Source: Chara braunii
Lineage: Eukaryota; Plantae; Charophyceae
Direction: 5' to 3'
DNA length: 48,876 nucleotides
Assembly (NCBI GenBank): GCA_003427395.1
Contig: BFEA01000034.1
Location: forward strand, 5,052,690-5,101,565
Part shown: positions 39,008 through 48,876 of the stretch, in pieces
Position numbering within the stretch: the first letter of the stretch is position 1
Layout of the letters: each line of letters begins with the position of its first letter
The notes under the pieces: generated by a model
What the model saw: the letters and a program-made list of their open reading frames with translations, nothing else
The model's database searches: none
Told to the model about the DNA's origin: nothing
Translations under genes and position numbers: made by a program

Positions 39008-40772
39008 GAGGTAAGGAGTGGTTGCCTAAGCTTGTGTCGGGCAGGGTCACCTCATGTCCATGGTCAAGGCCTAACCAACCATGAGCATGTGAGATGGGTC
39101 CGTTCTACTCTGTTGACAGAAAACTGATAAGATATCGGCATTGGGATCGGAGGGAGAGATGGTGAGGCTCAGTCCCAGAGCAGGGCTCAGGATCTGAGAT
39201 GCTATCCCTTTGGTAGGATTACACCACCCCTCGACACAATATACCTCTGTTAAGCAAAAAAGAGCAAATAAATGTTATGTCATTGTTATTTTGTATCTTC
39301 ATTGCATTTGTTTTTGTGGTATTTAATTGTAATCATTGTTCTCATTGTTCGTGGAAAGTTTATGTTTGTCTGCAGTGATATGATTGAATGGTTTGGATTT
39401 TTCATGAGCTTCCTTTACAGCTCAAACATCTCCTTGTAATATTACTTATTATTCACACTAAAGTATTTCTTTATGGCAGGCGAATGTCGTTTACATTTGT
39501 ATTGTAAAAGTTTCGTGAAGACAGGGGGAAAACCCTGCGTACAGTAAAAGTTGTCTTTGAATAGTTTCTTCAATATTGGTTGTGATTTCATTGACATGAT
39601 ACGATATTTTGATTTTTGATGATCATCTCAAGAAGGTTTAGTCCTCCTTGAGTACGTTCTGATTAATACTCGGACACGAGTATTATAGATGTATTCGTAC
39701 GATACATTATTGAGTCGGTTCTCATTTGAATTATTTAAGATCTGACCCCAAAATGGAAGACTGATGATGAGCTGAAAAATTGAGTCTTATTTTGAATCAT
39801 GAAAATTATTGGAGGGACACCAAAAGATGGGTCCTGCAATGAAAAGACACATGAGATGTGTCCTCTTTTAAGGTTCTTTTAAAATATGGGTATTTTGCAG
39901 AAGGCACCGTTCACCATCCCAATGGGGATAGTCTGAGATAAGATTAAAGGATCCCGAAATAGGATCGTTTGAAATTGTTGATGTTATGAAAGAATATCTT
40001 TTGCATCAATGGTATTGTGGAAGCCAAAAATTTTATATTTATTTTGGGTTTTCGGCTCGTTTTACTTATTTTGAGGGTCCCCGAGACGTGTGTTTGACTG
40101 AGCTGTGATCGAGACAGAAAAACAAGACCACTGAGTGGCAACCTGACGATGCCCCTCGTTCATCCACTATTTGGCAGTCCGACGATGATGAGAATTTTGT
40201 TCTCATTGGTTTATTCATATATTGATTTTTGATATATATTGAAATGCACATCGTTCATTCTATAAGTGGCAACCTGACGAGGGGGGAAAATTTGTCAATG
40301 AATTATGAATTATTTTTTGTATATATTGAAATGAACATCGTTCTTCCACTTCAGGAGGTCAGTCTGAGGGACTAAATTACCAAGCCTATGGTGAAAAATT
40401 AGCATCGTTGGGACGTAACTCCCAGCGTGGGATGCTGACCAAGTATAACCAGGAAACAAACCTTCTGATTGTGGCCCAGAGTTGAAACCTGAAGGGTGGT
40501 TGCCCTATTGGGGATCAACTCAGGTAGTTATCAGAAGGGTCGAGAGTCAGGTTTAGAAGTTGGGTAAAACCCAGGATATGAGGATTTACCCGTTATTGCG
40601 TTACCAATACGGGAACCACTGTTAATATAACAACACAGTGGGTCGCGGATCTGGCCTGATAAACCGGATTGTGGTGGGTTTAGACCGAGACTGCCGATCC
40701 CCTCGCATTAGACTTCGGGTGGGACGGTAATGTGGTTTAGGTTACGATCCGTGTCAAGAGAGGGCAGATTCT

Positions 40773-41574
40773 ATGACTCCGCGGACAACTAACGAGGACC
40801 TTGGAAGAAAGTATAAAGATGTGGAAAATATGATTGTTGTTTCTCTCGGTAACTTTCACCGTTGTAGTACAGATTCAATATCCCCACCATTGGTTTTATT
40901 GAGTTTGGTTTGTGAGTTTCGGTATGTGGGAGACCTGGGTTAGAATCCCAGCGATGGTAGAGTGTACCAAGAAAGACAATATGAATGTTGACCGCATCTT
41001 AATCCAGAGACTCGGATTTGGCTATCCACTTATCAAAGATGCACCTTATTTGGGAAAGGGTTTCACCTTCTCTTTCAAACAGGAAAAGAGAAGGACATGT
41101 ATTGTTTTGTATTGTATCATCTGTCTAGTAGTGTCATCGATCTTGTCATATTTTACCAATTGATTTGATATTGGGAAACGATGTGAACGGGAACTTCATG
41201 AGCGATTGTGATAAAACGCCCTTAGCGACGGGGATGTCGCTTAATGGGGTCTGGGATACTGTCGGACCAAATACCCTTACAAGGGTATTTGGACATGCTT
41301 TTGCATTTGTCACAACGACGATGTCGGCTACCATGACGGAGTCAGTCGGAGATGAAAAGGGTGTGCACGTTTTAGCGTGACATTTGAAATGATTTCCTCG
41401 GTCATCGATGCCAGGGCGAATTGGTGAGGAAAATTTCAAGAGTATGAGCGCGCGTTATTATGACGTGTGCTGTGATGGTTAGGATTGGTATAAATACCCT
41501 CCGACCGAAAAGGTCGAGGGGTTAGTTGGATGAATATTGTGTCGGGTAAAACTACGACACGCACTGAGATTTGA
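40773..41574 (+). pseudogene. Decayed orphan ORF following a structured block
   Basis: MTPRTTNEDLGRKY...SVTFEMISSVIDARANW*GKFQEYERALL*RVL*WLGLV; many TGA stops and probably a frameshift. Confidence 0.4.
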
Positions 41575-41994
41575 TCTGATACCTGTTTACCTACCAGTAC
41601 CAGGTATTTAAAAATGTCAACGTTTGTCTTCCTCTGCTCGGCCTTGAGTACCCGCAACACATTTATCTCTACTTAGTTTAGTAACGACACACCCGCTACT
41701 CGAGTATTTTCCAATTGCTTTCGAGTGTCGTGGAGCTTTTTGTTCGCCACTTAAGTGTTTTCCCCTGCACGACCCTCAAATATCGCGGCCACGGCTAAGT
41801 ACCGGCCCTTCGGGCCCTCCGGTTAACCAAGTACCCTTGCGGGTTACGCATACACTCAAACCGACAAGCATTCCGACAGACATGCAACCCCGGCAAGCGA
41901 GCGCACCCGCAGACTTAGAAACGGGCTCAGACCACTAGGTGGACTGAGCCCCACTTCAATATATACCTGAGCTGCTCTTCTTGTAACCGAAGTA

Positions 41995-42083
41995 GGAGCT
42001 AGCTCAGTGGGTTTCCGTGTGGATTGCAGATTGGAGGACTCGGGGATCGAATCCATCCGACCTCTGAACTAGCTCTTTTTTTT
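41995..42083 (+). ncRNA. Small Pol III RNA copy 1 (vault/VA-RNA-like architecture)
   Basis: A box TAGCTCAGTGG, B box GGATCGAATCC, terminal stem GAGCTAG.TCAG/CTGA.CTAGCTC, T8 terminator, upstream TATA-like motif. Confidence 0.75.
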
Positions 42084-42112
42084 AAAAAAAGCTCAATTTT
42101 AGCCCCGCATTC

Positions 42113-42170
42113 GGCTGACGGGGACTTGAACCCGTGACCTTGTTAGTTAGAGTTAGTAGTTATAGTCAGC
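42113..42170 (-). pseudogene. tRNA-like remnant
   Basis: GCTGAC/GTCAGC acceptor-like stem and T arm GGGTTCAAGTCCC; no D arm or anticodon arm. Confidence 0.4.
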
Positions 42171-43220
42171 TTCGTTTGAAAACGAGGGTTCGACAGTTGG
42201 CATGAGTAGGTATTTAGTTGTTAGATTTGGTTGTTTTTTTTATTTTATTTCTTTTTCGTTGTTAGTTGGATTCGTTTTAATTTTAATTTAATTTTATTTC
42301 TTTTATTATTTCTTATTTCCTTGTTTTCTTGCTAATCCCATAGCTGCCTCAAGTTTCTAAAAGATTCACTATAGTGAATCTACGAAGGAAAGTCCAGCAG
42401 ATTCGTTTTGACGAAATCTGCTCGACTCCATACGTACCAGCCCGAGACTTTGGCCCGCATGCTTGGGCTGAGTGCACGGGCAAACGCAACGAGCGCATAA
42501 CAACACGGGAGGAGAGCTCCGACGGGAAGAAAAAAAAAAAACGCGCGGGGAAGGAAGAGGAGCACGGCGACTAAGGCACCGGCGAAACGCGAGGAGAACA
42601 ACAGAGGGAATACGCGGTGTCAGGGCAGAAACCCTGACAAGGGTATCTGCCCGTGTTTTTCAACATCGGACGTTGTTTGACCTTTTTCTTAATTGGAGGA
42701 CTTGATGAGATTGACGTGCCAAAATTATTCAGACCAGCGCTATGACTGAGAGACTTAAACTTTTTTTGAACCTGACGTCGTCGACGCAGGATGACATCGA
42801 CATCCGTGTGGGATAACGGGAGTCGGCACTGTCATCCGAGGGTCTCGACAAGGCCGCAGTAGTGTGCGGTCATGGGAAAACTAAAATTAAAACTTAGTCT
42901 ACCTATAATAAGGTTGCGCGACTGTTAAGCTGGGCAATTCAGGGCCTATGCGGGCCAAAAAGGGGACACCGCGACGAGATTGGATCGCGGCGTGAAGGAA
43001 CGGTTTAGGGTCCATAGGGCTTATGTGCCGAGGACCCGGGGGCGAAGGCGTCGAGGCCGGCAGGATGGGGCAGCTGTGAAAGTTGTCGGCCATCGACCCC
43101 GCCCGCCAGCCACGGCAACAAGCTGGCTTAGCAGGCGCAGCCTGCTAGGCGCTGGGAAGGGGCCTGCTGGGCACCAGGAGCCCTTCATATAGAAGGGTCG
43201 CTCTTCTTCTGATGTGAAAA

Positions 43221-43312
43221 GGAGCTAGCCCAGTAGGTATTGACGCCAGCTTATCACCCCGCAGATATGGGGATCGAATCCGACAACTTGCACTACCGGG
43301 CTAGCTCCTTTT
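43221..43312 (+). ncRNA. Small Pol III RNA copy 2 (vault/VA-RNA-like architecture)
   Basis: A box TAGCCCAGTAGG, B box GGATCGAATCC, 15/16-bp terminal stem, T4 terminator, same upstream TATA + GCTCTTCTT. Confidence 0.75.
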
Positions 43313-44009
43313 GGAGCAGCCCGTGACTTGACCATGGGTGTGGCCGATTTTCGGCCGTGCGATCTTCGAGATCGCGCGGCTGAAATCAGCCGGGCCGAGA
43401 TAGCATGGCCCCTGTGTAAGGACGACACGCATATATCGAGAAAAGGGCCAAATTTTATTTTTCTTATTTTGGAAAAAAAAAAAAAAAAAAAAAACCTTAC
43501 CTGTTCCGTAGCTGGACGCGTAGGCATCCAGGTACGGGCGCGAAGGAGACAGCAACAATGTCAAGGTAAGTTGGTTCGTTTTTCTTTTGTTGTTTTTCTT
43601 TTGTTTTCCTTTTTTTTTTTTTTTGTGTTTCTGGTGTCATCGGGGTAAAGCGACACGACGAGAAGTGAATGTTGGGGAAGAAGAGGAAAAAAAAAGAGAA
43701 AAAAAGAAAAAAACTAAACTAAACTAAAACGAAGCGCCATCTGGCGCTGGGAGAACTGACGGGGACTTAGTGTCCCCACGAAANGTAACGGGCGCCCGTT
43801 TTTCGGGCAGCCCTTTCAGATCAAGGTAGGGTTTTCCTTTTCTTTTTCTTTCTCTTTTCGATTTTTTTCATTATTAGATTTTGCTTAGATTTTTTTTTTG
43901 TTTCTTTTGTTAGATTTGGTTTAGATTTTTTTTATTTTTTTTTTTATGTCTTTTGTTTTTTCCTGGTACCCGTTCGTTTCAAACGAACGGGCCGACACGA
44001 CTGTGCCAG

Positions 44010-44060
44010 ACTGTTTCGTCGGACTTTCACCGACTCATCAGGAGGCTGAACCCCGACAGT
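44010..44060 (-). ncRNA. Intact type III hammerhead ribozyme
   Basis: ACUGUC^GGGG UUCAG CCUC CUGAUGA GUCGG UGAAAGU CCGAC GAA ACAGU: all core nucleotides and three stems present. Confidence 0.92.
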
Positions 44061-44252
44061 ATGCCCGTGGGCAGTGAATGTGCCGCCTTAGGCGGCTAGG
44101 TTCAGAGAGAGAGAGAAAAAGAGAGAAAAAAACAGAGAGAGAGAGAGAAGAGGAAAAACACACTTACCTGCGCCCGTTGGGCAACGGGCTGCAGATCGCC
44201 GCCACACCTGGCGTAGTAGGCGTCCGGGTCCGGGTGCGCGGAGGGAGGGCAA

Positions 44253-44285
<33 letters not shown>

Positions 44286-44302
44286 ACTCTGTGAAATGAC
44301 TT
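44253..44302 (+). rRNA. 50-nt fragment of 25S/28S rRNA (domain V entry), not a gene
   Basis: AAAGAAGACCCTGTTGAGCTTGACTCTAGTCCGACTCTGTGAAATGACTT matches the conserved plant LSU sequence as I recall it; flanks are not rRNA. Confidence 0.85.
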
Positions 44303-44519
44303 AGGGAGGGGAGCTTGCTCGGTTGTTTCCAAACGACGAGCTGCCCCTGCGGTAGGAAAAAAAAAAAACACGAAAAGGAAAAAAAAAAGGGGGGAAGAAG
44401 TTAGAAAAAAAAAGGGGGGAAACGACCGCGGATCTAGCCACGGCCTCGGTCTAGATGCAAGTTTAGAAGCATCTGGACTATGGATAGATAGCAGACTGTT
44501 GGTTTCAACAGTCTGCTGG

Positions 44520-45518
44520 AAAAAGGCTTGGTACAGCCGTTTCGGGGCTGCGTCTGGCCGCGGGTGAAGGCCAGATGCACTGCCAAGGTTTATGACTTGG
44601 TTCCCCTAGGGGAATATCAAGTTTCCTGGCCCTTGATCGCGATTTTGATCCAGGGCCAGGCTCTGTTCCGAGATTTGGTTGGGGGCAAAGTAGCTGCCCT
44701 CAGCCTTCAGCCAACTATAAGAGCTAGCGTGCCACCCAGCAGCCTCACACTTGTGGCAATGCTGCTGGGGCATTCTACTTGAGTAGATGCTGGTTGGCTG
44801 ACTGCTGGTGTGATGAGGCGAAGTGTTGGAGGTCTGCAGTAGCACTTGGAGGAAGGAGGATGCAGCCATAGCTAAAGGCTAGGAACTTCTTGCCCCACCT
44901 TCCGTGCTGTGTTGCGGGCTGTGGGGAAGCCGTAGCCTTGAGGCTGCTGCTGGATTGGGCGGTACGGCGGAAGCGCTGCCGAAATTGTGCGGCGGCAGCG
45001 CTGGTTTTCTTGGCGGTACAGCGGAAGCGCTGCCGAATTCTTGTAGTGGCAACACCGATTTTCTTGGTGGTACGGCGCGGGTGCTACTGGATTGTGTGGC
45101 AACAGTATTTTGCACAGGACTGCGAGAAGGGGGGTTGGACGTTGCCGCAGGGACGATACCGCCAAGGTGGAAGTGCACTTTGTAATAGAAAGGGTATGAT
45201 GATCGTCTTGTTGAGGACGTTGCGGCACGCGGTACCTATAAGGACTGTTAAGGCCGCTGTTAATTTTTTTGCGGCACACTGAGTAAGCGGGGATTGGGTC
45301 CGAGACCACCAAGTATTGCGGCAAGCAGATGGTGGCCTGGCTTGGTATTTGGTGGGTTGAATCGGTGCTGTCTTTGGTGGAAGGTGTAACATTGAAACTG
45401 TGGGATTTGAGAGTGTGACGCCCTCCTCAACGACGGGCTCGCTTCTGTGTTGGTGAGCGGCGCCTGAGTCAGAGGTGGCGGTCGAAGGAGGGTGTGACCC
45501 ATCCTTGTGAGTGGCCAC
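44520..45518 (-). pseudogene. Frameshifted Pro/Ser-rich ORF, probably part of another TE
   Basis: Overlapping ORFs 45084-45518, 44879-45178 and 44606-44869; internal repeat FGSASAVPP. Confidence 0.3.
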
Positions 45519-46606
45519 AACGAGAGTTTTGCGGCCGAACTTTTTTCAGCAAATACTTGGCTTTCTTGAGTGAGCCTTCAAAAAATTCACTCAAAGTCAG
45601 TGCAGCTCAATTCCCTTGCACACCCGCGTGAACCCACACCTTGCATGACCTTGCTTTGAATTCAGGGGAAGAGGTAGAGTAAGAGTGTGATGTCATGCAT
45701 GTGACGAAAGGGCTGACTTGTTTTGGGGATGGATGGATCTCTGGATTGTTTCTTTTCTTGATTGTGCAGGTAGGTTGGGGGATGCATGAGAAAAGGAATC
45801 AGCATTGTTTGCTTGGGAGAATAATGGGGATGCTCACCTCTCTCCCACTCAACCTGAATGCATGTGACAAAAAAAAGGAGGGAAAAAAAAAAAAAACGGG
45901 AGTGCGAACGAGCGGGTGCCGGAAGAATGAAGACCGTGGGAAAATTAAAAGGAAAGAAGATAAGGAAACACCTTAGTATCCTCCCAAGGGTTTCCCCATT
46001 CTATCCCGAACGACCACTATCCTTCTATGCCCGTCCAAAGTATCTTACTTCTTTCTCTTCTCAATTCGTCTAAGTCGACCCTTAGCCGGGAAGGCATAGA
46101 GCGGTCGTCCGCACCTAGCGTCTAGGCTTCTTCTCTCTAGGAGGCATCCGAGGCGGGGGTTCGTTGCCTTAGGGGCCGGCCCTGTTATCGACTCGAAGCG
46201 GACCGCTTATGCGGGGGGATACCATGCTGTTGCGGTGGAGCCAGCCTAACTTCTGAGTCCTGAACAATGTGTTCGGGCGAGGGGGAGGGGTATTCCAGAC
46301 CACTTCTTAGAGCGTAGGGGGTCTTGAAGCTAGGAGCAGGCGCCTCCTCGTGCTTTCAGGGAAAGGGGAGGCTGAATCTAGTACCCTGCTGGGTGGCCAT
46401 ATTAGGTGCCACCAACGCGTGGGAGGGCTGGCGCTACAAGAAGCCCAACCCGTACTTCAACTAGTGTTAAAGGAAGTGCAAATAGGCACTACTTACGCGG
46501 TCGGACCGTGACATAAGAATCGCGGTCCGAAAAGGGGGGTGAAAATTGAATATGGAAATTGGTATGCCTAAATTTATTTTGACAAAGTTATCACTTCGTC
46601 GTTCAG

Positions 46607-47106
46607 ATGCTTGCGGAGACAGTGACCCCCCGATTGTTCAGCACACGCGAGGCGGCGGCTAATTGGTTAGCGGTGCCGACACGATCCCGCGCCGGTATGA
46701 TACGGAAAGGAAGGTGTACAACCCACTTGAAGTTTACTCGGAACGGGATGTGCCACGATTCTGGGACGGGAGTGTGAGGAAACCACCGTGGTGTTATATT
46801 TTCTTGGTTGAACCAAGCTAGCATATTGTACGATATGACTTCGCACCGCTCTACCCGTCTCGGGATTATGGAGACATGAACCTTGTCGTGATCCACGAGG
46901 ACTGTCCGAGAATAGAGACCATTCTTGAGATTAGAGCGATGTTTATTCACATTGTACTCCACTTGAATGATCTACGAGGTCCGTTCGGCCTCCTTCATCA
47001 TGTGAGACGGGTCTGAGCGAATAGATTTAATATCATTCGCTCGGAACGTTTCGACGTCACCGCGTTTTATGACGAGGCTTGTGAAATTTACGAGCGCCTC
47101 TTCTAA
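46607..47106 (+). pseudogene. Decayed orphan ORF starting at TTCAG|ATG
   Basis: MLAETVTPRLF..., frameshift, then ...RKVYNPLEVYSERDVPRFWD...YDEACEIYERLF* with TAG/TGA stops. Confidence 0.5.
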
Positions 47107-47129
47107 CAGGTGGCTTCTTCGATTTGCAG

Positions 47130-47681
47130 ATGCCTAACGGACGACGAGACTTCACTCAGGCCAAATATCTACTGATTCACGACACTACGGACGAGGAGCT
47201 GATCCGGCGAGCGGAGCGATTACTACTGGTTCGAAATGGAGCACCCACACGTTGGATTGGCTTTATCGGCCTGCTCAGTGATGGGCAGGGATTTTTTCCC
47301 AACTCGCGCGCAGATGTTCGTGCCAATATGACCCGACTTCCGGAAGAAGTTCATGGATATACCTTGTACTTCCATCGCGCGAGCAACCTCCAATGCCTCT
47401 CTCGGGTCATTGTGAGCGTTAAAATTACCCTATCCGGGAAGCGCTACGGCGTCATCCGGATTAAGCACACCACGACCACGCACCTTTTTCGGATGCGTCA
47501 GCCGTTCCGCGCCATAGTCTGGAAGCTCGCCTTACGGATGGCTTCTCTCTATGATATGCGGAAGGTCCGAGTTGTGCGAGGTGGACGTGTTTCCACCTTG
47601 ACATTTGACGATGAGGAGCTAACACGCCTCGGTCGGATAGAGGCTGAGGCCCATGGGGGCCGACAGGTTTATCCCGGCTAA
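47130..47681 (+). CDS. Intact 183-aa orphan basic protein starting at TTGCAG|ATG
   Basis: Open ORF with protein-like composition; CTAAC branch-like site at 47103 and a pyrimidine tract upstream. Confidence 0.6.
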   Translation: MPNGRRDFTQAKYLLIHDTTDEELIRRAERLLLVRNGAPTRWIGFIGLLSDGQGFFPNSRADVRANMTRLPEEVHGYTLYFHRASNLQCLSRVIVSVKITLSGKRYGVIRIKHTTTTHLFRMRQPFRAIVWKLALRMASLYDMRKVRVVRGGRVSTLTFDDEELTRLGRIEAEAHGGRQVYPG

Positions 47682-48778
47682 GCGCACCCTCTCAAATCTG
47701 GTGTCATGGTGAGTTGTCCTTATAGTAGGGTCACGCCTATGTGACTCTACAGGGGTAATAATAACAAAAAAAAACAACGACCTTGTGTAGGTAGGCCAAC
47801 CGGATGGATAGTATCTGGATTGCCCCGATGATAGCACTATCATGTTGATGCATTGAGGGGTAATCAACCACTTAAAAATACGCTGAATAAAGTGAAGGCC
47901 GAACACTTGAAGAGGTGTCGAGCGGAACAACGAGGACGGGGTAACAGAAGACGAAACAGTCCCACGCCAAGTAACTTCGTGTTGGCAATGGCTACTTCGT
48001 CATTCGTGGAACAGAGAGAGTTATTATTGCCTAGGAGGACAAAGCGACAAACAAAATTGTCATTCGCTCCTCCAAGTAGATACGTGCGGTACGACGGCGC
48101 GGTCGGACCGGGAGTTTAAACAGCGACCAGGAAGCAGATCACTTGTTGATCTGCATGTACTTACTTGTAGGGGCTGTGCGCGACGGATCTTCCGTCCTCG
48201 GATGACGGTATAATTATCTCTTTAGTCACGTAGGCAGAAAATGATAACCTTGGCATATCATCTCATCAAGTCGAAATGTTGGTTATGTATCGGTTTCGTT
48301 CATTTTATGAGTAGGGGATTATAAAGGGGCTAGGATTATATGTTGGATTTCGCATTTGGTCGAGGCCGTCCTAGTCGACCGACACTCGTTCGTACCGAGG
48401 AGATCAGCGCCCTCGGGAACGAACAACGTTCGGGTTCACTTGGCGTTGGCCAAGCGTACCTATACTCCAGCGAGCGAGCAAACGCCCTCGGCTGACCTAC
48501 CTCTGCAATTGCATGTAAAAGCTTTCGCACGTGGGTCAGTAGCTCGGTAGGGATACGCCCCTAAGGGTGGTGACAGCCCCTCAGGGAAGATAAGTTGTGC
48601 CCCGCGAAAACCTATCCTGTCGTAGGGGACCGCGGGATGTGTAGCTGGCGCACCCGGCTAGAGCGGCGAAGGGACAATGCGACCACATCCGTCTCGGTGG
48701 TTCGCGGGATTATTTCTGCACCGTCCTAAGTTGTCTCTCGATTACGTTTTTCTAACTCTTGCGTGACATAGCCGGGAG

Positions 48779-48876
48779 CAGGGTTGTCGAACCCCGGCCC
48801 CGGGACCCCGCCGGGGTTCCGGGGTTCCGGGGGTCGGCACCCGGGACCCCGGCCCCCTGTAGGGGAAAAAAAAAAA
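48779..48876. mobile_element. Left end of a second hAT-like MITE of the 9201 family
   Basis: CAGGGTTGTCGAACCCCGGCCCCGGG... matches the start of the element at 9201. Confidence 0.85.

Noticed and set aside
41995-42083. Functional tRNA gene
   Set aside because: No D, anticodon or T stems; the A box is buried in a long terminal stem.
43770-43815. Additional hammerhead (ctgacggggac...gtccccacgaaa)
   Set aside because: CUGANGA box is incomplete and stems I/III are not convincing.
44160-44250. U1 snRNA (ACTTACCTG)
   Set aside because: Only 9 nt match; better explained as a minus-strand splice donor.

Overview
Eukaryotic, repeat-dense and heavily C->T-decayed DNA with two assembly gaps and no recognisable intact host gene. 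The Ty3/Gypsy proteins resemble those I associate with the charophyte alga Chara; that organism assignment is inference only. Recognisable parts: two minus-strand non-autonomous chromovirus-type LTR elements sharing an RT-RNaseH-integrase deletion (12054-20008), hAT-like MITEs (one with a perfect 8-bp TSD), two decayed Penelope-like (PLE) RT remnants, a 71-bp hairpin minisatellite and a ~1.5-kb tandem duplication bounded by inverted repeats. The matrix these elements inserted into is more unusual. It consists of chains of co-oriented orphan ORFs (about 2.1-10.6 kb, 27.5-32.6 kb, 40.8-47.7 kb) broken mostly by stop codons explicable as CGA>TGA or CAG>TAG changes. Several ORFs start right after a splice acceptor or a structured-RNA block. 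They are associated with three hammerhead ribozymes plus one split one, two paralogous vault/VA-RNA-like Pol III genes, a tRNA-like remnant, a 50-nt captured 25S rRNA piece and an array of CUCCCGUG-capped hairpins. My leading hypothesis is a giant multi-ORF, ncRNA-rich mobile element related to Penelope-like elements/Terminons; an endogenous virus is the alternative. All translations, alignments and folds were done by eye.
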